Source: a virus (Duplodnaviria > Caudoviricetes). Taken from it: a stretch of 64,000 nt of DNA. Position numbers and translations under genes: made by a program. The first letter of the stretch is position 1, and the number at the start of each line of letters is the position of its first letter. This document shows, in pieces, positions 1 to 10,555 of the stretch. The stretch is from the IMG/VR virus record IMGVR_UViG_3300031555_001469, one strand, 5' to 3'. The notes under the pieces were generated by a model. The model saw only the letters and a list, made by a program, of their open reading frames with translations. It made no database searches and was not told where the DNA came from.

Positions 1-1332
1 AATCTTACTCTTGTATTCCCTGTCATTGTTTCGAAAGCAATGGATATCAATACAGCAGCAATGATTTCTAAAGCAATAGAGCGTAAGTGTGTAACTATGT
101 TACAGATTTTATTTTCAGCTATAAGTGTAAGCGATGCTGAATCCGTAGCAGACTATGTGTCTCAGTTCCATACAAATCTTAAGGTTAAGAATAGTATGGA
201 TGTAGATGAATTTATTCATATTATGGATAAAATCACTGAAGAATCTGCTGGACTTGTAAAAGTAACAGACAGAGACTTATATGAAGCAGCTAGGGCTGAC
301 TTAAAGAATCTTAGTATGACTCTTCCTGATAATGTAAACGAAGCTTCTCTTAACGATTTTAAGATCATGGGATCTGGAAACTTAGGTCAGAGAACTATTA
401 TGCAGGAAGCACCGACATTCCTTGGTGACCTTGCATCACATGGATTACAGGGTGACATATTAAATAAACTTGGTACTGGTGTAGGTAATAGTAACTCAAC
501 TAATGCAAATACTAGAAGTAATTCTGGTCGAAATAATTCTGGTAGAGGTACTACTAATAATACCCATAATACTACTATCAATAATTATAATGGTGGTGGT
601 AGAAATGATGGAAATAATGCCGTTAATGTAGCTAAAACGAATATGGACATGATGAGAAACCAGATCGTTGATACAGAGATTAAGAAAGCTAACGAATTAA
701 TTCCAACGATGATGATCGTAAACTTTGTTTCTAAACAGAAAGATGGTTCTGCGATTGCTATTGATAATGCATATATTGGTGTCAAAGCTAAAATGTATGC
801 TGTAGATTCTATGGATATTTGTAATAGAATCACTGTTAAGAATAAAGACAGAAATGGATTATTTAATTTAGTAAGAGCAACAACAAGAGAAATTTCTTTC
901 TTTAGAGATTTCTTATTTGCTATTGACAAAGCTAAGTTAGATGCTTTATCTAGTTCTGGTAGAGGAGAGTCTTCTAAGTTATGGAAGGTTCTTGAAAGAC
1001 GTTCTACTAAATCTAAGATTCGTAGAACAATCGGTAGAACTGCTAATGATGCTTCTGCTATTTCTACTCTGGTAATTACTCAGAATGAAGTAGAATATCT
1101 GAAGACAACAGAATCTATTGATATGACAAATCCTGCAACTGTTAGAGGAATTATGGAATCATATAATCTCATGGGATTTGTAATTGCTGACGAAGCTGCA
1201 GAATCTGTTGATTTCCTTTTTGATACTGGTGATGATGTGTTCGAAACTCTTTCTTTCAACCACTTAGAAAGAGAAACATCTGACGGTTCTTATAAGAAGG
1301 TAGTCAACCTTATGACTAAATTTGCAAGATAG
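1..1332 (+). CDS. Putative virion (head) protein, probably 5'-truncated by the window edge
   Basis: Frame is open from base 1. Contains an N/G/S/T-rich linker and heads a run of putative structural genes. Confidence 0.45.
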   Translation, partial: NLTLVFPVIVSKAMDINTAAMISKAIERKCVTMLQILFSAISVSDAESVADYVSQFHTNLKVKNSMDVDEFIHIMDKITEESAGLVKVTDRDLYEAARADLKNLSMTLPDNVNEASLNDFKIMGSGNLGQRTIMQEAPTFLGDLASHGLQGDILNKLGTGVGNSNSTNANTRSNSGRNNSGRGTTNNTHNTTINNYNGGGRNDGNNAVNVAKTNMDMMRNQIVDTEIKKANELIPTMMIVNFVSKQKDGSAIAIDNAYIGVKAKMYAVDSMDICNRITVKNKDRNGLFNLVRATTREISFFRDFLFAIDKAKLDALSSSGRGESSKLWKVLERRSTKSKIRRTIGRTANDASAISTLVITQNEVEYLKTTESIDMTNPATVRGIMESYNLMGFVIADEAAESVDFLFDTGDDVFETLSFNHLERETSDGSYKKVVNLMTKFAR

Positions 1333-1344
1333 GAGGATTAGGAT

Positions 1345-2367
1345 ATGTATGATACATTTAGATCTCCTGAGTTTACAAGAGCAATGAATGAATACTTTGA
1401 TCTTCAGGATAGTAAGACAAGAAAAATTCTCCTTGCTGTAAACGAAGCTGACCAGAATAAAATTCTTACATCATTAACCTCCAAGTTGTATGATAATATC
1501 ATCGACAAGGTTGATGAGATTGACTTTGGTGATATTCCTGCTACTAAGGGTGATATCACTAAGTTACTAAACTACACAAAGATCATTGAATCTGCTAATC
1601 TTATTAGAAGCATTTTGCAGAACTATGGAGAGAAGACTGATTCGGTTGATACATTAATAGACGCTATTGCTAATATTGAGTCTAGAAAAGCTATGTTTAC
1701 CAGAGCTTACCAGCTCAATGTAGAAATGCCTATTATTTTTTATAACACAATGGCACTGTCTGCAGTTAATGGTTTATCCTATTTGATTGCAGCTGTTATT
1801 GATTATATCAAAACACCTAATGAAGATGGCTTTAAGATTTCTTTAAATAAGGTTGCTATTGCTAAAGTTCAGCAGGGCATTTTATTTGAAAATCTTGAAA
1901 AGTTCAATGCTTCTTGTAAGAAGGGTGAATTTGATAAGGCTATGGACTATGTAATTTCTCAGAATGTGAAGAACTTTACTGGTGTAGAAATTGGAGCAGC
2001 GGCTGGGATTGCTCTTGCAATTGGTTTGATTTTGAATATCATTCCAATCATTAGAGAACTCATCTTCTTCTTCTATTATACCAGAACAACAACTGCACAG
2101 TATTTTGAAGCACAGTCCAAATTACTTGAGATGAATGCTTATTCTCTCGAATTAAGATCCACAATGGATAAAGAAAAGAGAGATAGAGTTATTAAGAAGC
2201 AGCTTAGAGTAGCTGACACATTTAGAAAGATTTCTAACTTCTTTATGGTTGATGCTAAGAAGGCTGAACAGCAGGCTACAAAGGATTTAGTAGCCACTAA
2301 TAAGAAAATGAAAGCAGATGATGTAATGGATTCCGTACCAGATTCTGCTACAGATACGTTATTTTAG
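1345..2367 (+). CDS. Putative virion structural protein with one hydrophobic segment
   Basis: AGGAGG RBS; 340 aa; hydrophobic stretch AAAGIALAIGLILNIIPII; lies in the structural cluster. Confidence 0.45.
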   Translation: MYDTFRSPEFTRAMNEYFDLQDSKTRKILLAVNEADQNKILTSLTSKLYDNIIDKVDEIDFGDIPATKGDITKLLNYTKIIESANLIRSILQNYGEKTDSVDTLIDAIANIESRKAMFTRAYQLNVEMPIIFYNTMALSAVNGLSYLIAAVIDYIKTPNEDGFKISLNKVAIAKVQQGILFENLEKFNASCKKGEFDKAMDYVISQNVKNFTGVEIGAAAGIALAIGLILNIIPIIRELIFFFYYTRTTTAQYFEAQSKLLEMNAYSLELRSTMDKEKRDRVIKKQLRVADTFRKISNFFMVDAKKAEQQATKDLVATNKKMKADDVMDSVPDSATDTLF

Positions 2368-2390
2368 ACTTTGTTAGAAGTCAAATATTA

Positions 2391-2403
2391 AACATAAAAG
2401 TAA
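2391..2403 (+). promoter_or_regulatory. Late-type phage promoter AACA-N6-TAA
   Basis: AACATAAAAGTAA upstream of 2471; matches the motif recurring upstream of structural genes. Confidence 0.65.
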
Positions 2404-2470
2404 ATCTAGGGAAGCCGATCACTAAGGCTCTTAGAAAATATCTTATATCAATAAAAGGAGGACAATTGTA

Positions 2471-3550
2471 ATGGGACTTTATTCCAACAATAGAACTTAT
2501 TTAAGTGATGTTGACGTTCCTGCATTAGAAGGATACAACGGTAATGTTGGTATTGCTACTGCTATGCTGGAAGCGACACAGGAAGATTTAAAGTTCTTCG
2601 ATATGATTATCGCAAGAGATTTCCAGGAAGCTGAAATGAATGTTTCTGGTTATACAAACGAGGCAGAGATGTCCGTTATTACAGAAGGTGCTTTAGCAAA
2701 TGCTTGGACTAAGATTAAGGAATTCTTAAAGAAGTTACTTGCTAAGGTTAAGGCTATTTTCTCTTCTATCATGGCTAAGATCAATGGTACTATTATCAGT
2801 GATAACAAGAAGCTTGTAGAGAAGTATAAGAAGGCCGTATTATCCAAGAACCTGAAGGATATGAAGTATAAGTGGGCTAATGAGACTGGTAAAACATTTG
2901 ATTACATGGCATGTAATAAAGAGTATAGCCAGGATTTAGCTCATATTGCAAATGCTAGTACCGTAGATGCAGTTACTGCATATATGGAAAAGCATGAAGA
3001 CGATATGATTGACGCATATTACAGTGCTCTTATTGGTAGTAATATTGAAGCAGGAGATTTTGCTAAGGAAGCACATGAACTCTTCTTTGATGAAGTAGAG
3101 GAAATGGATGAAGGTGCAGAATCCCTTAAGACTACCGTTATGTCTGATTTGATGAGTTGTAAGAAGGAACTCTCTGAATTAGAAAAGAAACAGAGAGAAA
3201 TTGAAAAGAAGATCGCAGATGAGATCAAAGCTGCAGATAAGAGAGCTTCTGAAGCAGCTAAAAAGGTTCCTGCGAAGGATGGTTCTGCATCCGATGCCGA
3301 TAAGCTTGAATTGGCAAAGGCTAATGCAGAATACAGAGTCCATGTTAAATATCAGACTGTTATATTAGCAGCAAATAGAGAATTAATCAATGCATGTAAG
3401 TTTAGTATTTCTCAGAATAGAGCATTCTTTACAAAGGCTGCAGCTTATAACCCAAAGGCTAAGAATGAAAGCGTTGAATTATTCGATGCTATCGACGAAG
3501 CTGTTGAATTTGATGTAGAGTCTACATTTGCAGACTATACATTAGCATAA
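2471..3550 (+). CDS. Internal head protein family paralog 1
   Basis: MGLYS N-terminus; ITEG followed by amphipathic WTKIKEFLKKLLAKVKAIF; ends PKAKNES; clearly paralogous to 3571 and 4739. Confidence 0.55.
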   Translation: MGLYSNNRTYLSDVDVPALEGYNGNVGIATAMLEATQEDLKFFDMIIARDFQEAEMNVSGYTNEAEMSVITEGALANAWTKIKEFLKKLLAKVKAIFSSIMAKINGTIISDNKKLVEKYKKAVLSKNLKDMKYKWANETGKTFDYMACNKEYSQDLAHIANASTVDAVTAYMEKHEDDMIDAYYSALIGSNIEAGDFAKEAHELFFDEVEEMDEGAESLKTTVMSDLMSCKKELSELEKKQREIEKKIADEIKAADKRASEAAKKVPAKDGSASDADKLELAKANAEYRVHVKYQTVILAANRELINACKFSISQNRAFFTKAAAYNPKAKNESVELFDAIDEAVEFDVESTFADYTLA

Positions 3551-3570
3551 TAAAATAGGAGGTAACAGCA

Positions 3571-4659
3571 ATGGGATTATATTCTTCTAAGAATAATTAT
3601 AGCTATAGCGATGCTGTAGCAATTGATTTAGATACAGTTGAAGAATCCAAGTTTGGTTCTTTCGACGAAGCAGCTATTATGGCTGTAGTAGAGTCCGAGC
3701 AGAACTACAATAGCCTTATGAAGGCTGTAGGTATTGCAGAACTCAATTTCCTTGAAGAAAATGGTACAGATATGGTTTACACCGAAGGTACTGTTGGTGG
3801 ATTCTTTGCAAAGCTCAAGGAATTCTTCAAGAAGATTATCGCAAAGGTAGCTTCTGTATTGAAGGCTTTCTTTGCTAAGATTGATTCTTTCACTAAGAGT
3901 GATAAGGATTTCTTAAATAAGTATCGTAAGGATTTAACTAAGTTAAACCTTAAGGATATGAAGGTAAATGGTTATACATTTACAATTGGTGCAAGTGCTG
4001 TTAAGTCTAAAGATGATATTGCTGGTGCAGTTAAAACTAAGTTAGGTGTAACTGGTGATCTTAAGACTGCTGCTGATGGTCTGGATGATGCTAAGCTTGA
4101 AGCTCTGCTTGCTGCAGATGACGATGATGCTTACGAAACATTCTTAGACAACTTTAGAAAAGGTTTAATCGGAGCAAGTTCTGCTATTGAAGCTGGTGAG
4201 TTTGCTAAGGAACTGTATGAGCACTTTAGAAATGGTGAATCTTCTAAGGAAGAGATCGATGTTGATATTGTTGCTCAGATGCAGGTTCTTGCTAAGTATG
4301 CTGATACTAAGAAGCAGGCAGAAAAGGCATTTAGAGATATTGAAAAGGCATGTAACGAAGTAGTTAAGGATCTTGAGAAGGCAGAAAAGGCTCTTCTTAA
4401 TGAGAAGAAGTCCGATGCTGCTGAACAGAAGTCTCAGGGCTTAAAGGTTCGTGCTGTTAATACTATCACTAAGTACTTTAAGGGTGCTATGGGATGTAAT
4501 ACAACTTACTTTGGTGCTTATCTTCAGGCTCTTAAGGATGAGTCCAGACAGGCTAAGGCTATCTGTGTTAAGGCTCTGACTTATAAGCCAAAGAATGAAA
4601 GTGCTGGCGTTGACTACGGTACTACAGGATCTTTCCTGGAGAACGTTGAGTTCAACTAA
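3571..4659 (+). CDS. Internal head protein family paralog 2
   Basis: MGLYS start; YTEG then FAKLKEFFKKIIAKV; YKPKNES near the C-terminus. Confidence 0.55.
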   Translation: MGLYSSKNNYSYSDAVAIDLDTVEESKFGSFDEAAIMAVVESEQNYNSLMKAVGIAELNFLEENGTDMVYTEGTVGGFFAKLKEFFKKIIAKVASVLKAFFAKIDSFTKSDKDFLNKYRKDLTKLNLKDMKVNGYTFTIGASAVKSKDDIAGAVKTKLGVTGDLKTAADGLDDAKLEALLAADDDDAYETFLDNFRKGLIGASSAIEAGEFAKELYEHFRNGESSKEEIDVDIVAQMQVLAKYADTKKQAEKAFRDIEKACNEVVKDLEKAEKALLNEKKSDAAEQKSQGLKVRAVNTITKYFKGAMGCNTTYFGAYLQALKDESRQAKAICVKALTYKPKNESAGVDYGTTGSFLENVEFN

Positions 4660-4681
4660 TCAGTAAATTAGTACCTTATTG

Positions 4682-4710
4682 GTGAGGATGTACTAAAGGT
4701 ACATCCTCAC
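4682..4710 (+). terminator. Intrinsic terminator
   Basis: GTGAGGATGTAC-loop-GTACATCCTCAC followed by TTTATT. Confidence 0.75.
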
Positions 4711-4738
4711 TTTATTATACTATAGGAGGTAAATAAAT

Positions 4739-7108
4739 ATGTCTACAATTTTAGGAGCAAACCCTTTAGGATTTGTAGTAAATGAATCCTCCTTGTTAGA
4801 TCTTGATTCCGTTATGCTTTCTGAAGAAAGTACCTATTTGTCTGAGACACTTAGATTTATTCAGGAATGCAATAGAGAATTTGACGAAGCTAATAAGGGA
4901 TGGTATAAATCTATATTAGAATCTGGAAATGACCAGGAAGTTATTACTGAATCTTTCCATAGTTTCTTTGTAAAGGTTAAAGATATCATTGATAAGTTTA
5001 TTGCTTACATTAAGTCTTTAGCAGAAAGATTCGTTACTGCTATTATGAGTATCAGTAAGAATGATAACTATATCAAGAAACACAAAGATGATTTAAAGAA
5101 GTTCGTTAACTCTAAAGACGAATTTGATTACGAAGGATACAAATTTACATTTGATCCTAACGTTCCTGTATGTGAAGTCGGTGCACAATTCACTCAGGAA
5201 TTTATTGAGTTAAAGATGTTAGGTGATGAAGTACTTAATGCTGATGACATTGCAGTTTCAATGAAGACTGTATATGATAACTTAATTAAGAAATTAGAGA
5301 ATGGTTTCTATGATGCGTTTAGAAAAGAAGTGCTGAATGTATCTAGAGATATATCTCAGTCTGACTTTGCTAATGAATGCTTCAGTGTATTTAGAGACAA
5401 TACTTCTGATAAGGAGAATATTACAATAAATGCTGAGTATGTAAATTCTGCATATCTTAGATTTACTAATTATTCTGATATGAAGAAGGATGTGGAAGGT
5501 ATCAAGAAGAGACTTGTAAAAGAGTATGAAGCTGTAAGAAAGCAGATTCTTGAAATCTCTAAGTCAAACTACACAGGTACCACAACTACAACTGATATTA
5601 ATCTTCCTGGTAACCAGATGACAGCTGTAACCCTTGCTGCAGAATCTGCTAAGTATTTAGATCTGTATATTAAGGCTAAGTCTGATCAGGTTCAGGAAAT
5701 GTCTAATATCCACGCAATTGCATTTGCATGTAAGTTAGATGCTATGAAGGCTGCTTTTGTACAGGATAAGACTATTCTTTATAAGGCTTTATCCAAGTGC
5801 CAAAGAGTTCATAACGAAGCTAACTATACTGACTATACCAAGGAATTCGAATATGCTTCTTTCTTAATGGAAAGCTTAGAGAATCAGAAGAGTATGGAAA
5901 GATATATTAAAGAATGCTGTATTATCAGTGAGGGTGTTGATGTATATGAAAGAATTCATGCTCTCAATGAAGGTGTTATTGGTGATAAGTTTAAGAAGTT
6001 TGTAGATTGGATTAAGGGCTTAATTGCTAAATTCATCGAAAAGCTTACTGGCTTATTTGCTAAAGATAAGACTTACCTTGAGAAATATAAGAATATTATC
6101 TTAGGTAAGAAGTTTAAGGAAACTACATTCTCTATGCCTGATTATTTTACAGGTATTCAGAGAATTGTTAAGACCGGTGTGCCACAGTTCAATTATATGT
6201 CTCAGGAAAAACTCTTAGCCGGTGAAAATGGAGAATTTGCTAAGTCTATTATTCAGGAATATAATCCTGCTAATTATGACTCTTTCTCCGCTTTCTGTAA
6301 GGAGTACTTCCAGGGAAGTAAAGAGAATAAGGATTATACTGGTGCTCAGATTGGGGCAAATATTAAAGATATTTATGACTTCTGCTATGACTATAAGAAG
6401 ATTGAAGATCAGATTAAGAAAGATCAGAACACAATTCTTAGTGGTGCTAAAAAGGCAGAAGATGTTTTAGTTAAAGCTTCCAAAGAAAATGAAGCTAATA
6501 GAACTCAGGCAGCTAATACAAATCAAACACAGGACAATGCTGCTAAACAGGAATCTATCACATACTCTGCGGTATATGATAGATTCTTTACTGAAGCAGA
6601 TGATGAAAAACCTGGTTTAGATATTAAAGCTCCTGAGAATAAACCAGAAGAAACAAGTAATAACAATGATAAGAGTGCTAAAGCTAACCTTAACAATATA
6701 TCCGATAAGGGTACAGAAGTTAAGAATGATAGTGATGAAGCTAAGGCTAATGCAGCTGGTCAGGAAGTTAAGCAGATTACTGAAAATACTAAGAGATATA
6801 CAGATGTCTGCGGTTCCTTATTGACAGCTAAATTAACCATCATTGAAAAGATTAGAGCTGACTTTATGAAGATCATTAGATACCACGTACAGAGCTATGT
6901 TGGTACTAAGGATGATAGAGGCGATAACAGAGGTGCGGATGCAGCCGGATCTGATTATCGTTCCGATGAGAAGAGACAGCAGAGCCAGGATAGCTCAGAT
7001 AATACTGAAAAGTCTGGAGATGCAGGCGAAAAGAAAAAAGGTCTCATCGATAAGGTTAAAGACGCACTTCCAGGAAAAACAAAAGCTACAAAACAGGCTG
7101 TTAAATAA
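4739..7108 (+). CDS. Internal head protein family paralog 3 (two tandem family domains)
   Basis: Two copies of the xxE(S/G)-amphipathic-helix-'DxxY(I/L)xK(H/Y)K' unit (ITES-FFVKVKDIIDKF and LNEG-FKKFVDWIKGLIAKF). Confidence 0.55.
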   Translation: MSTILGANPLGFVVNESSLLDLDSVMLSEESTYLSETLRFIQECNREFDEANKGWYKSILESGNDQEVITESFHSFFVKVKDIIDKFIAYIKSLAERFVTAIMSISKNDNYIKKHKDDLKKFVNSKDEFDYEGYKFTFDPNVPVCEVGAQFTQEFIELKMLGDEVLNADDIAVSMKTVYDNLIKKLENGFYDAFRKEVLNVSRDISQSDFANECFSVFRDNTSDKENITINAEYVNSAYLRFTNYSDMKKDVEGIKKRLVKEYEAVRKQILEISKSNYTGTTTTTDINLPGNQMTAVTLAAESAKYLDLYIKAKSDQVQEMSNIHAIAFACKLDAMKAAFVQDKTILYKALSKCQRVHNEANYTDYTKEFEYASFLMESLENQKSMERYIKECCIISEGVDVYERIHALNEGVIGDKFKKFVDWIKGLIAKFIEKLTGLFAKDKTYLEKYKNIILGKKFKETTFSMPDYFTGIQRIVKTGVPQFNYMSQEKLLAGENGEFAKSIIQEYNPANYDSFSAFCKEYFQGSKENKDYTGAQIGANIKDIYDFCYDYKKIEDQIKKDQNTILSGAKKAEDVLVKASKENEANRTQAANTNQTQDNAAKQESITYSAVYDRFFTEADDEKPGLDIKAPENKPEETSNNNDKSAKANLNNISDKGTEVKNDSDEAKANAAGQEVKQITENTKRYTDVCGSLLTAKLTIIEKIRADFMKIIRYHVQSYVGTKDDRGDNRGADAAGSDYRSDEKRQQSQDSSDNTEKSGDAGEKKKGLIDKVKDALPGKTKATKQAVK

Positions 7109-7119
7109 ACAAAATTTAT

Positions 7120-7146
7120 CCCGTAGGATCATAGAGATCCTACGGG
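7120..7146. terminator. Bidirectional terminator between convergent genes
   Basis: CCCGTAGGATC-ATAGA-GATCCTACGGG. Confidence 0.75.
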
Positions 7147-7151
7147 ACATT

Positions 7152-8351
7152 TTATGGTTTAATTCTAAATGAAAGCAAAGTATTCAATTCAAAATCCTGA
7201 TCGTCTCTTGTAAAGATGTCTACTTTCCTAGATAATAAAAAGTCTCCATCTAAATCAGAATGAGAATCAAAGTTTCTGATTACATATCTCTTATTAATAT
7301 TCAGTACAGATGTATCTAAGCCTACTTTATTCATAGTAAAAGTAATAGCTGCAGAATCAATATCTCCCTGAATATTAGCAAGCATATTTGTATTATTATT
7401 GCTTATCCTTACAATAGATTTCTTTTCATTAGAATACTGGGACTTATTTACTTTAAGTTCAGTATCCTTCTTATCACCTGCTGTTGTTGTAGCAGTTAAA
7501 GACGTATAAGACTTTTCTAATGTTTGATTCCTTTTCAAATCAGTATCTATTGATGCTACATTAATCTGGTAATTCTTTTGTGACTTATTGATATACATTC
7601 CGTCATGTTCCTGTGTATCCTTCAATACATCTTCTACTACAATAAGAACAGAAGTAATCGTTTCGCCTGCTGCTGGAACCTCCTTATTAGCAGAAGATAC
7701 GAGATAGCTTCTATCGAAATCCATAAAGAACCTATATGATGTCTTATAGAGTACACATAAAGAATTTAAATAGCTTATTAATTCAGATATACTATTTACT
7801 GACTGAATTAACTGCTTATCATAAGCTTCATTATAATCTAACTTTTCCATTACTAAATTTAATTTTTTAGTATAGAGTTTGATTATGTCATTAGGAGTAC
7901 CTGATATAGATGTACCTAATGCAAGAGCTTTGTTATTATTAATTACATCTAAAGGCATAAGTCCTAATGTAATCAATTTATATTTATCGCCAGTATTCTC
8001 ATCACCTGCATACTGTAATTTGTCAAGATAGTTTAAATCTTCATTTAAGAAGTATGTGCATTTACATTCTAATGCTTTTTCTTTCAGAGTTATATCAGCT
8101 TCTACCTTCTTATATATTCTAAGAATGATAGTATCTGTTTTATAATTCTTAATCAATTCGTCTATTGTTTTTGTTTCTAGAGCTAAATATGCGAATATCA
8201 TTGGCATATTGAATTTGTCGTAGTCTCTATCTATAACAATAGACTTCACTTGTTCTGGCATAAGAGTAGTAGACTTATTAGTTTTTTCGTTTATATAAAC
8301 CACTTCAATCTCATATCTATACTCAAGTAAAACAGCTTTACTAGCAGCCAT
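7152..8351 (-). CDS. Hypothetical protein, possibly baseplate hub-like
   Basis: 399-aa ORF with GGAGG RBS; beta-rich pattern; function inferred only weakly. Confidence 0.35.
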   Translation of the reverse strand: MAASKAVLLEYRYEIEVVYINEKTNKSTTLMPEQVKSIVIDRDYDKFNMPMIFAYLALETKTIDELIKNYKTDTIILRIYKKVEADITLKEKALECKCTYFLNEDLNYLDKLQYAGDENTGDKYKLITLGLMPLDVINNNKALALGTSISGTPNDIIKLYTKKLNLVMEKLDYNEAYDKQLIQSVNSISELISYLNSLCVLYKTSYRFFMDFDRSYLVSSANKEVPAAGETITSVLIVVEDVLKDTQEHDGMYINKSQKNYQINVASIDTDLKRNQTLEKSYTSLTATTTAGDKKDTELKVNKSQYSNEKKSIVRISNNNTNMLANIQGDIDSAAITFTMNKVGLDTSVLNINKRYVIRNFDSHSDLDGDFLLSRKVDIFTRDDQDFELNTLLSFRIKP

Positions 8352-8412
8352 AATTTAACCTCCTTTACAAAAAATAAAAGGCAATGAAAGTAAACTCTCA
8401 CTGCCTCCTATT

Positions 8413-9507
8413 TTATAATCTTTCTAAATCCAATGGACAGTTTTTGAACCACTGATTGTTAATGGCTTTAACTTCTTCTGGATTCTGTAAGTCAATAATA
8501 TAACTCAACTTACTCTCTGGATTATCCATATAACACATGTGGTTAAACTTCAAATCGATAGCTTTAAATCTATGAATCAAAGTCTGACATGCTATAGGGA
8601 ACTTACCTTCTTTATTCAATAAAGCATAATATACTTCATTCATATCAGCATTATATCCATTAATGATAGAATGGTCTGATGTGATTAAGAGAAGTTTATT
8701 TATTGCGGTATTGATATTTAATATGGTTATTATACCTCTAGCTGTTAGGTTAGTAATAGCCATCAGAAGAGATAATAACTCAGGGCTTAAAGAATAAGAT
8801 TTGACAAGAGCTTTATTAGAACTATTGTCTTCCTTGATGTTTCTTGAGTTTGCTATAAATGACTGTAATACATTATCATAGTTAACTAACCAAGACCCAT
8901 CGACCCCATTTGATTTTTTAGGTCTGAAGATTACAGTATCTCTTCTCATAGATGGTAGCTGATAAGCATACAGGTCCTTTGTCAATACAATATTAGGATT
9001 TGTATTACCACTAGCTTCTTCTCTATAAATGATATCAAGAGCTTTTACTGCAAATTCTTCATTTGTCTTAATAAAATAGATTCCGTGTAAGTATGGACAC
9101 AAAACTTCTAATAACTCCAAATTGTGATCTATCATGTCTCTAATCTTACCATTACTGGACACCATAGAAAGGTACTTTTCATAATATCCAGGATAAAATG
9201 TAGAATGAAGATAGTTCTTAGTCATATCGGAATATATTATAAATATTTTCGTATTCACGTTACAATATCTTCTATAGAATGCTCTCATATGAGCACATAG
9301 ATTTATAATACCAGAAGTGACAGAAGAATAATCTCCAATAACAACTCCTGAATTATAAAAGCTTTTAGTTATATTAGCCATATCAATATAGATATTGACA
9401 TTATTACAATTAGCATACGGCGTATTCACAAACGCTGCTTTAGTAAGATTCATCAATTGTTCGTTCTTAATATAATAAGATACTATCAATTGTTCTATTG
9501 AAACCAT
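8413..9507 (-). CDS. Putative 5'-3' exonuclease / T4 RNase H (FEN/PIN)-like protein
   Basis: N-terminal IYIDMAN and IVLTKDLYAYQL resemble FEN-family motifs; appears degenerate. Confidence 0.4.
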   Translation of the reverse strand: MVSIEQLIVSYYIKNEQLMNLTKAAFVNTPYANCNNVNIYIDMANITKSFYNSGVVIGDYSSVTSGIINLCAHMRAFYRRYCNVNTKIFIIYSDMTKNYLHSTFYPGYYEKYLSMVSSNGKIRDMIDHNLELLEVLCPYLHGIYFIKTNEEFAVKALDIIYREEASGNTNPNIVLTKDLYAYQLPSMRRDTVIFRPKKSNGVDGSWLVNYDNVLQSFIANSRNIKEDNSSNKALVKSYSLSPELLSLLMAITNLTARGIITILNINTAINKLLLITSDHSIINGYNADMNEVYYALLNKEGKFPIACQTLIHRFKAIDLKFNHMCYMDNPESKLSYIIDLQNPEEVKAINNQWFKNCPLDLERL

Positions 9508-9519
9508 TTAGATCCCCTC

Positions 9520-10032
9520 CTAGTACTTTTTAATTACTTTTCTTAAAATAGAAGCACAACTGCTACATATATTAGTTAACGGGACCGGCATCGATGTATG
9601 GGATGAACTACATAAAGGACAAATTCTTGGCTTAGACGTAAGCACCGAAGTCAATCTTGTTCTACATGTATTACATATTCCTGTTTCCCATAAATCTGCT
9701 TTCTTAGGGTCCATTGGTCTAGAGCATATTTTACATGCTTTAAGTGAACCCATTTCTTTCATACGTTGCAAACAATGGTCGCATACTTTCAGAACTGCAT
9801 TTCTACTATCTCCAGTAGTTTTAGTACTGCATATACGACACTCATACTCAAAGGTTTCTTTCTGTAATTTAAATTCTGTATCGTCAAAGAAACAAAATTC
9901 TAAACTACATCTATCTCCTTCGGTATTAAATATACAAGATTTTTTATCACATTTTAAAAACTCTTCATTTACGGAAGAATTTCCAGCACTACTAGATGTA
10001 GTGCTGGAACTATTGTTATTTATAAAAGCCAT
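9520..10032 (-). CDS. Multi-CxxC zinc-finger protein
   Basis: Several CxxC pairs (CRIC, CDHC, CKIC, CNTC, CPLC, CSSC); GGAGG RBS supports ATG at 10032; late-type motif at 10056-10068. Confidence 0.6.
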   Translation of the reverse strand: MAFINNNSSSTTSSSAGNSSVNEEFLKCDKKSCIFNTEGDRCSLEFCFFDDTEFKLQKETFEYECRICSTKTTGDSRNAVLKVCDHCLQRMKEMGSLKACKICSRPMDPKKADLWETGICNTCRTRLTSVLTSKPRICPLCSSSHTSMPVPLTNICSSCASILRKVIKKY

Positions 10033-10093
10033 AGAAATAACCTCCTTAAACACTATTACTATAGTGTCAAGAACTTTTTAACAAATTAAGATG

Positions 10094-10483
10094 TTACTCT
10101 AATAAACAGCTAGGATCATAGATTTCTTCCTCTCCTACCTCTTCATCATAGAACTCAGATTCTTTTCCAAGTACTATATTAAGAGATTTCTGGAAGTCTT
10201 CTCTATCCTTAAGAGATCGGAGTACTTCTTTAGTATGCCCATACCCCTCTCTTACCATTACGTCTACAAGCTCATGAGGACCTTCTTCTGTAAGGAAAGA
10301 TACACCCTTACCTAAGACTTCTCCTTCAGCCTGCATCCAATATTTTCTTAAGTCTAACGAAACCTTTTCTCTATCACCCCATCTAATCTTTCTAAGGGCA
10401 ATAAACTGATTTCCTGATTCATCAATAGTATGGTCAAATTCATCGACTATACTATACTCTATTTTCTTGTCTCCAAAAGCCAT
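10094..10483 (-). CDS. PC4/YdbC-like ssDNA-binding protein
   Basis: LDLRKYW...GKGVSF is a PC4 (p15) fold signature; acidic C-terminal tail. Confidence 0.65.
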   Translation of the reverse strand: MAFGDKKIEYSIVDEFDHTIDESGNQFIALRKIRWGDREKVSLDLRKYWMQAEGEVLGKGVSFLTEEGPHELVDVMVREGYGHTKEVLRSLKDREDFQKSLNIVLGKESEFYDEEVGEEEIYDPSCLLE

Positions 10484-10555
10484 AATATTTACCTCCGTTA
10501 AAAAATAAAGGCTAGGTCGAAATTAATCAACCTAGCCTTTATCATATTGCTGTAA

